Assembly (NCBI GenBank): GCA_964413125.1
Contig: CAYPSZ010000374.1
Location: 1 to 55,502, forward strand
Length of the DNA stretch: 55,502 bases
From: an uncultured Desulfobacterales bacterium
GTDB lineage: Bacteria > Desulfobacterota > DSM-4660 > Desulfatiglandales > HGW-15
Direction of reading: 5' to 3'
The notes beneath the pieces were generated by a model. That model had not been told where the DNA came from. It made no database searches and was given only the letters and a program-made list of their open reading frames with translations. Below, piece by piece: positions 1 through 7,488 of this stretch (position 1 is its first letter; every line of letters begins with the position of its first letter). A program made the translations under genes and the position numbers.

Positions 1-83
1 CCCCCTTTTTCCTTTGATTTTTTTTTTTTTTCAACACTTTTCTTTAAAACCCCCGGGGGGGGGGGCCCGGCCCGCCGCCCCCC
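1..83. repeat. Low-complexity homopolymer runs (C5 T5, T14, C5 G11, C-rich) at the window edge
   Basis: Direct reading shows consecutive mononucleotide runs with no ORF. This looks like a contig-end or low-quality sequence artefact. Confidence 0.6.
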
Positions 84-209
84 TACTCTTCCCGGGGTAC
101 CGAACCGGTCGTTTTTGAACCACTGCCCTGCAAATTTTTCCGCGCTGAAAGCTGAAAACTCATACTCTCCTCCCGGAAGACAGCAGATTCTCCAACGTCC
201 ATCAGGGTT

Positions 210-225
210 TGGTATTGCTTTTGCA
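210..225 (+). promoter_or_regulatory. sigma54 (-24/-12) promoter candidate upstream of flgB
   Basis: Reads TGGTAT-TGCTT-TTGCA, with correct GG-N10-GC spacing. It lies 36 nt upstream of the flgB ATG. Confidence 0.55.
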
Positions 226-260
226 GTAACCGATGTCGGGACTATCAAAAGGAGGCGGCA

Positions 261-686
261 ATGGAAATGGAAAACATGCTGGGTAACCGCTTGATGGGAA
301 AGACCATGAAGGCCCTTCAGCAGGCTCTGGACTTCAGATCCGCCGGCCAGTCTGTGATAGCAGGCAACATAGCCAACATGGAAACCCCTGGATACAAACC
401 CCGAAAGGCGACCTTCAACGAGGCGCTTAAGCAAGCGGTAGGGAAGACCGGGGTATCAGCTCCTAAGAGAGTCACCCTTAGAAAGACTCACGAAAAACAC
501 CTCCCGATTTCATCGGAGGTCGAGCCCGCTTTCACCATAGAAACCTATGGGGCCGGAGATAGGAAGCCGGACCTCGATCGGGAAATGGTCAAACTGGCCC
601 AAAACAATCTGGCCTACGAAGCCACAGCCACACTTTTATCCAAGAAATTCCAGTCTTTAAAAGAGGTCATCGGAGGAAGGAGTTAG
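261..686 (+). CDS. flgB: Flagellar basal-body rod protein FlgB
   Basis: 141 aa with the N-terminal rod motif SVIAGNIANMETPGYKP. An AAAGGAGG SD precedes the ATG, and the gene follows flgB-flgC-fliE synteny. Confidence 0.95.
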   Translation: MEMENMLGNRLMGKTMKALQQALDFRSAGQSVIAGNIANMETPGYKPRKATFNEALKQAVGKTGVSAPKRVTLRKTHEKHLPISSEVEPAFTIETYGAGDRKPDLDREMVKLAQNNLAYEATATLLSKKFQSLKEVIGGRS

Positions 687-689
687 ACT

Positions 690-1127
690 ATGGATCTCAT
701 GCGTACCATGGATCTGGCGGCGGGGGGAATGTCGGCTCAGAGAACGCGCCTAAACGTAATCGCAGACAATCTTGCCAATGCAAACACCACTCGAACCGAG
801 GATGGCACCCCATACCGCAGAAAGACCGTCATATTACAGGCCACACCGGCGGCCGGCGGTTTCGATGGGCACCTGCAGGACGCTTTGGATAGGAAGCTCC
901 ATGGTGTCGAAGTAATCGACATTGTTCATGTTCAAGGTCCGTTCAACAGCATCTTCGATCCAACACACCCGGACGCCGATGATGAGGGATATATACAACT
1001 CCCCAATGTAAACCCGGTTGAGGAAATGGTCCTAATGCTCAACGCCAACAGGGCCTATGAAGCGGCGGCGGCAGTGGTGAAGGCGTCCAAGGACATGGCT
1101 CTTAGAGCCCTGGAGATAGGCCGCTGA
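690..1127 (+). CDS. flgC: Flagellar basal-body rod protein FlgC
   Basis: 145 aa with GGMSAQRTRLNVIADNLANANTT at the N-terminus and a NANRAYEAA C-terminal rod motif. Confidence 0.95.
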   Translation: MDLMRTMDLAAGGMSAQRTRLNVIADNLANANTTRTEDGTPYRRKTVILQATPAAGGFDGHLQDALDRKLHGVEVIDIVHVQGPFNSIFDPTHPDADDEGYIQLPNVNPVEEMVLMLNANRAYEAAAAVVKASKDMALRALEIGR

Positions 1128-1196
1128 ACACGTCCTCCGGATTATGGTCCAAGAATCGAACCGGCGGTATGAGCGGTGGAGTGGAAAGGCGGTTTT

Positions 1197-1493
1197 ATGG
1201 AACCAGTTCAAGGTCTTAATAAAGCAGCGTTCCATTACAATCCAGTGTCAACACGACCAAATGGGTCCAACGGGCCTGATTTCAAGGATACACTGGAAGC
1301 CTTGGCAAGAAAAACGGATGCCGAGATTAAAGAGGCCGACCGTATGGCGGCGGAGTTTGCCGTGGGCAAACGCCAGGGCATCCACGAGGTGGTGATCGCC
1401 TCTGAAAAGGCCGGAATCTCCTTCAAGCTTTTGATGGAAATCCGTAATAAGTTGCTGGATGCATATCAGGAAATCATGAGAATGTCATTCTAA
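1197..1493 (+). CDS. fliE: Flagellar hook-basal body complex protein FliE
   Basis: C-terminal sequence GIHEVVIASEKAGISFKLLMEIRNKLLDAYQEIMRM is typical of FliE. The ATG at 1197 has a GGAAAGG SD. An in-frame GTG at 1176 is an alternative start. Confidence 0.88.
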   Translation: MEPVQGLNKAAFHYNPVSTRPNGSNGPDFKDTLEALARKTDAEIKEADRMAAEFAVGKRQGIHEVVIASEKAGISFKLLMEIRNKLLDAYQEIMRMSF

Positions 1494-1548
1494 TATCAGT
1501 GGTTTTTGGCGCCCCCTGACAAAGGAGGACCACTGCCGAGGGTGAATC

Positions 1549-3150
1549 ATGGCGGAAGAAGCAACGGGGAAAAACAGCTTTCAACAGTTTCTGGGCATTC
1601 TGGCCGGTATGCCCACGGCGCGCAAGGTGTCTTTGGCCGTAACCATGCTGCTGGTGGTGGCGGGATTCACAGCCCTGCTTATCTGGACCAACAGGCCCCA
1701 CTACCAGGTCTTGTTTTCCAATCTCAGCACGAACGACGCCGCCCGGATTACTGAAAAGCTGAGGGAACAAAGGGTCCCCTTCCAGCTCAAGGAAGGGGGA
1801 AGCACAGTGCTTGTACCGGACGACATGGTTTACCAGCTCCGTCTGGACCTGGCAGGTCAAGGCCTGCCCCGGGGAGGCAGTGTGGGTTTCGAGGTCTTTG
1901 ACAGCATCCCCTTCGGGACCACGGAGTTCGTGCAGAGGCTGAAGTACCAGCAGGCCCTTGAGGGAGAGCTGGCCAGGACCATCATGCAGTTCGACAGTGT
2001 GGATCAGGCACGTGTGCACATCGTGGTCTCGGGGGACAGCCTATTTGCCGAACCCGAAAAACCGGCAACAGCCTCGGTGGTGCTCAGGTTATTTCCGGGG
2101 GGAGTACTGGATCGCAGAGAGTTGCAGGGTATCGTAAACCTTGTGGCCTGTGGAGTGGAAGGCCTAAGGCCGGAGAATGTTACGGTGGTGGACATGGCAG
2201 GGGGGCTTCTGTCCAAAGGCCGGGACGAAATAGCAACCGGTGGGCTGAGCCGTTCCCAGCTCGAGCATCAAAGAAGGCTCGAACAATCCCTGGAAAACCG
2301 TATACAGACCATGCTGGAGCCCGTGGTTGGTGCAAACAAGGTTATTGCACGGGTCTCCGCAGACCTGGATTTTCGCCAGGTTAACATCTCGGAGGAATCA
2401 TATGATCCGGACAGCGCGGTTGTCAGGAGCGAGCAGATTCAAAAGGAGTCCTCGGCCGATGGAAGCAACCTCCCCGGCGGGAGTCCCGACATTCAATACC
2501 AGGTGGTCGAACAACAGCCGGAAGGCGTTGCAGGGACCTTTTCTCGAGGCTTTGAAAAAGAAAACTCCGTGATCAACTACGAGATAAATCGAATTAACCG
2601 CCAAATCATCAATTCCGCCGGCGGCATAACACGCCTCACCGCAGCCGTAATCATTGACGGCCCCTATACAACTTCCATAGGAGAAGACGGAGACCCCGTA
2701 AAGGAGTTCATCCCCCGGAGCCGGAGGGAAATGAGTACTTTTGAGGATATTGTCAAAAGCTCAATAGGTTTCGATGAAAAGCGGGGAGACCAGATCTCAG
2801 TGAGCAATGTGGCCTTTGCCATGCAAGCGGAGGAACACACTCGGGGCGGATTCGAAACTCAACCTTCATGGCTGAACCACTTGAAAAAGACTGCCCGGCC
2901 CGCACTGAACCTGCTCCTAATCGCATTGTTCTTCTTTCTGGTGGCCAGGCCCTTTAGAAACTGGCTGAAGGAGGCAGGCCGGCAGCAGGTGCTCCTGCCT
3001 CGGGGTTCGGAGAGTCATAAGCTCGGATCCGGAGAAGAAGGGGATGGCTCTGATATGGACCAGCATACCAGATTGCTTGAAATGTCTAAGAAGAATCCGG
3101 AAATGGCGGCCCGAATAATTCAATCCTGGCTGAGTGAAAGGAGCGGCTGA
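1549..3150 (+). CDS. fliF: Flagellar MS-ring protein FliF
   Basis: 533 aa with an N-terminal TM segment, YscJ/FliF-like core (RITEKLREQRVPFQL, QQALEGELARTI) and a C-terminal TM segment. Position is between fliE and fliG. Confidence 0.95.
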   Translation: MAEEATGKNSFQQFLGILAGMPTARKVSLAVTMLLVVAGFTALLIWTNRPHYQVLFSNLSTNDAARITEKLREQRVPFQLKEGGSTVLVPDDMVYQLRLDLAGQGLPRGGSVGFEVFDSIPFGTTEFVQRLKYQQALEGELARTIMQFDSVDQARVHIVVSGDSLFAEPEKPATASVVLRLFPGGVLDRRELQGIVNLVACGVEGLRPENVTVVDMAGGLLSKGRDEIATGGLSRSQLEHQRRLEQSLENRIQTMLEPVVGANKVIARVSADLDFRQVNISEESYDPDSAVVRSEQIQKESSADGSNLPGGSPDIQYQVVEQQPEGVAGTFSRGFEKENSVINYEINRINRQIINSAGGITRLTAAVIIDGPYTTSIGEDGDPVKEFIPRSRREMSTFEDIVKSSIGFDEKRGDQISVSNVAFAMQAEEHTRGGFETQPSWLNHLKKTARPALNLLLIALFFFLVARPFRNWLKEAGRQQVLLPRGSESHKLGSGEEGDGSDMDQHTRLLEMSKKNPEMAARIIQSWLSERSG

Positions 3151-3152
3151 CA

Positions 3153-4163
3153 TTGGACCTTATCAAAGGGCTTACAGGGCCTGACAAGGCCGCGGTTCTA
3201 TTGATGATGATGGGCGAAAACTTTACGACTCAGGTCTTCAAATACCTCGAGGAGGATGAAGTCAAGACAATCGGAGAGCACATGTCCCGGATAAAGAGTT
3301 TGGACACCCAGGTTGTGGCTTCCATAATGGACGAGTTTTTCGCTTCCTTCACGGAGAACAATCTTCTGGGTGTAAGCGGGACGAGCTTTTTCAAAAAGAC
3401 GGTCACACAGGCCTTTGATTCCCGCAAGGCGGACGGCCTGTTGAACGAGTTCGTCAGCAAGGAAGGGCATCGCCCCTTCGAAATGCTCAGGTCCCTGAGC
3501 CCTCAGGTGCTGGTAAACCTGCTCATGGACGAACACCCCCAGACCATAGCCTTGATACTCGTGAACCTGAACCACCAAAGCGCAGCCGAGACCATTCAGC
3601 TCCTGCCCGAAGCCGTGCAGAGCGAGGTAATCATAAGGATTGCCGAACTGGACAACGTGCCGGACGAAATCGTTGATGAAATACAGGAGGTGATCCTGGA
3701 ACAGATAGCCGACATCGGCAACGAATCCAACGAAAAACTAGGTGGAACCCAGGCAGCGGCAGAGATTATGAATCAGCTCGACCAAAAAACAGAAGCCTCC
3801 ATCATGGAGCGAATCGAAAACGATAGGGAAGAACTGGCCGAGGAGATCCGCCAGTCCATGTTCGTTTTTGAAGATCTTGTTAACCTGGACGACCGTTCAA
3901 TCCGTACACTACTCAAGGAAATCAGCAACGATGAGCTGATCCTGGCGCTGAAGACCGCCAGCGAAGGTCTTACGGAAAAGATCTTCGGCAATGTCAGCCA
4001 GCGTGCCGCCCAAATGATGAGGGAAGACATGGAGGTGATGGGACCTGTTAAGCTGCGTGATGTGGAACAGGCTCAGCAGAGCATTCTGAAGACTGCGAGA
4101 AGGTTGGAAGAGGAAGGGAAAATCGTTCTTGGGGGTAAGGGAGGAGACGATGTCCTCGTCTAA
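3153..4163 (+). CDS. fliG: Flagellar motor switch protein FliG
   Basis: 336 aa with a TTG start. It carries MgtE_N-like repeats and the C-terminal torque helix region MREDMEVMGPVKLRDVEQAQQSIL. Confidence 0.95.
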   Translation: MDLIKGLTGPDKAAVLLMMMGENFTTQVFKYLEEDEVKTIGEHMSRIKSLDTQVVASIMDEFFASFTENNLLGVSGTSFFKKTVTQAFDSRKADGLLNEFVSKEGHRPFEMLRSLSPQVLVNLLMDEHPQTIALILVNLNHQSAAETIQLLPEAVQSEVIIRIAELDNVPDEIVDEIQEVILEQIADIGNESNEKLGGTQAAAEIMNQLDQKTEASIMERIENDREELAEEIRQSMFVFEDLVNLDDRSIRTLLKEISNDELILALKTASEGLTEKIFGNVSQRAAQMMREDMEVMGPVKLRDVEQAQQSILKTARRLEEEGKIVLGGKGGDDVLV

Positions 4164-4878
4164 TGTCATCAGGAACGGTGAACACATCCAATTCAACATC
4201 CGAAGCTTTGATCCGGAATCTCTTGCACTGTACGAGTCCGAGGCCGCCCCGCCCGCCGCAACGGAACCAGGAGCGCTGGTGTTACCCGGAGGGCCGCCCG
4301 ATGAGGCAACAGAGGCAGGGGATAACAACGAAGAAAATGAGGACCTCCAAGACAAGGCGCCCCGCTTGGAGCGGGAGGCCTATGAGAAAGGATTCGAGCA
4401 GGGCAGAAAGGACGGAATGGCTCTGGAAAAAAAACAGCTCGATGAACAAAGGAACCAGATGGAAGCCCTGTTTTCAGAAATCCGCGGCCTTAAGTCGTCC
4501 CTGTTTCGGGAGGCGGAACAACAGGTGATAAACATTTGCACCATGATAGCCGGTCGGATAGTGCGAGAGGAAATCCGTACCGATCCGGCCGTGATACAAA
4601 GGACCATCCGGGCCGCCCTTGGTTATGTAGCGGATCGATCCCGGATCAAGATCGCCCTGCACCCGGAAGATATGGAAGAAATCCGTGGAATTCTTCCGGA
4701 GCTCGCCTCTGTCACAGATGCCGAGTTCCAGGTGATCGAGGACAAGACCCTGGATAGGGGCGGGGGCACCATGGAAACCGGCTTCGGGAAAATCAACGCA
4801 ACCATCAAAGAACAATTAAGTGTTATCGAAGATGTTATCGAAGGCGCCTTTAGACAGGTCAGGGGTCAAGAAAATTGA
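4150..4878 (+). CDS. fliH: Flagellar export apparatus protein FliH
   Basis: FliH/YscL-like coiled-coil EREAYEKGFEQGRKDG followed by a C-terminal domain. The ATG at 4150 is preceded by AAGGGAGGAG. The longest ORF begins at TTG 4129. Confidence 0.9.
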   Translation: MSSSNVIRNGEHIQFNIRSFDPESLALYESEAAPPAATEPGALVLPGGPPDEATEAGDNNEENEDLQDKAPRLEREAYEKGFEQGRKDGMALEKKQLDEQRNQMEALFSEIRGLKSSLFREAEQQVINICTMIAGRIVREEIRTDPAVIQRTIRAALGYVADRSRIKIALHPEDMEEIRGILPELASVTDAEFQVIEDKTLDRGGGTMETGFGKINATIKEQLSVIEDVIEGAFRQVRGQEN

Positions 4879-6209
4879 GTTTGGATCTGGCCAGATACTT
4901 GAGAGCCGTGGAAGCGGCCGAGATCATAACCACTGAAGGCCGAATCACCAGGGTTGTGGGAACCGTACTGGAAGCAAACGGGCCGGCCATGCCGGTTGGC
5001 GGGATATGCAGGGTTATATCCCCCGGCGCCGAAATGACCGGCATACCGGTGGAAGTGGTGGGATTCAGAGATAACAGGGTTCTTCTCATGCCCCTCGGCA
5101 AAGCGGAAGGGATCGAACCGGGGAGCAGGGTGGTGGGAGAGCGCTATGGCGCCTCGGTCGAAATGGGTTCAGGCATGCTCGGACGGATCCTGGACGGCTT
5201 GGGAACTCCACTGGACGGGGGCCCACCCATTGCCCCGGAGAGGGAAATAGCGCTTTATGGCGAACCCATTAACCCTCTTCAGAGGAAAAGGATCAAGGAC
5301 CCGCTTGATGTGGGTATACGAGCAATAAACTGTCTTACTACCCTTGCAAAAGGACAAAGAACAGCAGTAATGGCTGGATCAGGTGTAGGAAAAAGCGTAC
5401 TGTTGGGCATGATGGCGCGTTATACATCAGCCGACGTCAACGTCATAGGACTCATCGGAGAACGGGGAAGAGAGGTGCGGGAATTCATCGAACGGGATCT
5501 GGGGATGGAGGGGCTCGGCAGGTCGGTGGTTGTTGTGGCCACCTCGGATTCCTCACCCTTGTCAAGGATTCGGGGTGCGTATTACTGTGCTGCAGTCGCC
5601 GAATTCTTCCGGGATAAGGGCAAAGACGTCCTGCTGATGATGGATTCCATCACTCGTTTTGCCATGGCAGCCCGCGAGGTGGGGCTGTCGGCCGGTGAAC
5701 CCCCCACCAGCAAGGCCTACCCGCCAAGTACCTTCGCCCACCTCCCGCGCCTGCTGGAAAGGGCCGGAACCGGGAGGACAGGGGGGTCCATTACGGGGAT
5801 CTACACAGTCCTTGTGGAAGGGGACGATATGAATGAGCCCATCGCAGATGCGGTTCGCTCCGTGGTGGACGGGCACATAGTGCTTGATCGGGGCCTGGCA
5901 TCCCGGGGACACTATCCGGCAATTGACGTGCTCTCAAGTCTGAGCCGGCTCATGACCGAGGTCGCCGGTGCGGACCACTTGAAACGCGCCGTCGAATTCC
6001 GCACCCTTCTGGCCGATTACCTCAGGATCGAAGACCTTGTCAACGTCGGGGCCTATGAAAAGGGCATCAACGCACATACTGATTATGCACTTGAAATGAT
6101 AGACGATTTAAACGCCTTTCTGGTTCAGGATGTTAACATCCGTGCCCCCATGAAAGAGAGTCTCGAGGCCATGAAGAAACTGCTCACCGCCCGAAAACTG
6201 GGCCGCTAA
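4875..6209 (+). CDS. fliI: Flagellum-specific ATPase FliI
   Basis: 444 aa with Walker A GSGVGKSVLLGMM and Walker B VLLMMDSITR. The TTG start overlaps the fliH stop. Confidence 0.97.
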   Translation: MSLDLARYLRAVEAAEIITTEGRITRVVGTVLEANGPAMPVGGICRVISPGAEMTGIPVEVVGFRDNRVLLMPLGKAEGIEPGSRVVGERYGASVEMGSGMLGRILDGLGTPLDGGPPIAPEREIALYGEPINPLQRKRIKDPLDVGIRAINCLTTLAKGQRTAVMAGSGVGKSVLLGMMARYTSADVNVIGLIGERGREVREFIERDLGMEGLGRSVVVVATSDSSPLSRIRGAYYCAAVAEFFRDKGKDVLLMMDSITRFAMAAREVGLSAGEPPTSKAYPPSTFAHLPRLLERAGTGRTGGSITGIYTVLVEGDDMNEPIADAVRSVVDGHIVLDRGLASRGHYPAIDVLSSLSRLMTEVAGADHLKRAVEFRTLLADYLRIEDLVNVGAYEKGINAHTDYALEMIDDLNAFLVQDVNIRAPMKESLEAMKKLLTARKLGR

Positions 6210-6236
6210 TGAACGGCCCCACGATACAGGCTTGGC

Positions 6237-6680
6237 ATGAAATTCAACTTTAGGTTCAAGTCGCTTTTTGCCTACAGGGCCCACAGGCAGGAACGGGCTG
6301 AGGCCGCACTGGGTAAAGCCAGACAACAGCTTAACCGGGCCCGTGTGAAAGAGAAGGAGCTGAGGAACCGATTACAGGAAGCCGGCGAGGAGCTCCGGGC
6401 TCTCCTGCGGAAAGAAGCGCCCGCGAGTATTCTAAGGAGCTACGCCGAGTTCCTCTCCCAGCTTGAGAGAAACATTGATGCTCAGGAGCATGTAATCGTC
6501 CAAATTGAAAGGGATGTGCGTGATTGTCTGCAGGAGGTCTTGTTACGCACAAAAGAAACCCGAATTATTGAAAGGCTAAGAGAGAAGGATGAGGCAGCAT
6601 GGCTTTACAGTCAAATGAGACAAGAGCAAAAGACCATGGACGAGACCGCGGTGACCAGGCACGGAAGAACCGTCCTGTAA
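6237..6680 (+). CDS. fliJ: Flagellar export chaperone-like stalk protein FliJ
   Basis: 147 aa, fully coiled-coil and Arg/Glu-rich. It sits immediately after fliI. Confidence 0.85.
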   Translation: MKFNFRFKSLFAYRAHRQERAEAALGKARQQLNRARVKEKELRNRLQEAGEELRALLRKEAPASILRSYAEFLSQLERNIDAQEHVIVQIERDVRDCLQEVLLRTKETRIIERLREKDEAAWLYSQMRQEQKTMDETAVTRHGRTVL

Positions 6681-6703
6681 ACAGCAAGAGGCCTGTTTTC
6701 CTC

Positions 6704-7231
6704 ATGGCCTCCATGGCCTTTGCCCTATTATTCCTTTTGAAAATCCTTGTAAGCGCTCTCTTATTCACGGGCCTTCCAATGGATTTTCGACAAAGGGCGG
6801 CCTTTGCCGAGGACAAGACCGGGGAAGCGGTCTCGTCCCTTGAAAGTGAAGAGGCACTTCTTCAGAAGGAACAGCGGCTCAGGGATTGGGAAAAGGAGTT
6901 AAGAGACAGAGAACAGCAGCTCCTTCCTCTTCAAGAGGAGATCGACCAAAAAATGGCCGAACTCGAGGAAATACAGGCCGACCTTACGGCTTTCGCCAAG
7001 AGACTTGCCGAACGTGAAGAGGCGCTGAACGACTCAAGGGTGAAACATCTCGTCTCCGTATATCAGGAAATGGAGCCCAATCGTGCAGCAGCCATTATGG
7101 GTAAGCTTGATATCCCCACGGTGGTCCGCATTCTAGGCAACATGCGGGGTAAAGCCGCAGGACAAATACTTGCCTCCATGTCTCCCGAGCGTGGAGCTGA
7201 AATCAGTGAGCAGTTGAGTAAGATGGACTGA
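6704..7231 (+). CDS. MotE/YlxF-family flagellar protein (N-terminal membrane anchor, coiled coil, MgtE_N-like C-terminus)
   Basis: Hydrophobic N-terminus MASMAFALLFLLKILVSALLF, a coiled coil, and C-terminal AAAIMGKLDIPTVVRILGNMRGKAAGQILASM. It occupies the ylxF position between fliJ and fliK. The longest ORF starts at 6599, inside fliJ. Confidence 0.65.
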   Translation: MASMAFALLFLLKILVSALLFTGLPMDFRQRAAFAEDKTGEAVSSLESEEALLQKEQRLRDWEKELRDREQQLLPLQEEIDQKMAELEEIQADLTAFAKRLAEREEALNDSRVKHLVSVYQEMEPNRAAAIMGKLDIPTVVRILGNMRGKAAGQILASMSPERGAEISEQLSKMD

Positions 7232-7271
7232 CCGTCTTTCAACCCAACCTGAGATCCCCTCGCAAAACAGC

Positions 7272-7344
7272 TTTCCTTCCCCATGCCCCGTTCGGCAGTT
7301 TTTTCCACCCATCCCCGGTCCCAGGCAATTCTTTCCATGTCCCC
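7272..7344 (+). promoter_or_regulatory. Three phased C-rich direct repeats, candidate upstream activator sites for the fliK sigma54 promoter
   Basis: TTTCC starts at 7272, 7302 and 7332, exactly 30 nt apart. The repeats read TTTCCTTCCCCATGCCCC, TTTCCACCCATCCCC and TTTCCATGTCCCC. They lie 75-145 nt upstream of the -24 element. Confidence 0.4.
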
Positions 7345-7416
7345 ACTAGCCGCCCGGCATTGCCTCCACGCTAAAAACATATGCATTAACAGATAGATAA
7401 GCCATGTTCTTCCTAT

Positions 7417-7432
7417 TGGCACGCTGGTTGCT
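7417..7432 (+). promoter_or_regulatory. sigma54 promoter upstream of fliK
   Basis: Reads TGGCAC-GCTGG-TTGCT, a near-perfect match to TGGCAC-N5-TTGCW. It lies 57 nt upstream of the fliK ATG. Confidence 0.75.
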
Positions 7433-7488
7433 CAATCATCGGTACGACGATTTCTAAAAACCGGCCCGGCGCCATACGAGGAGACGAC

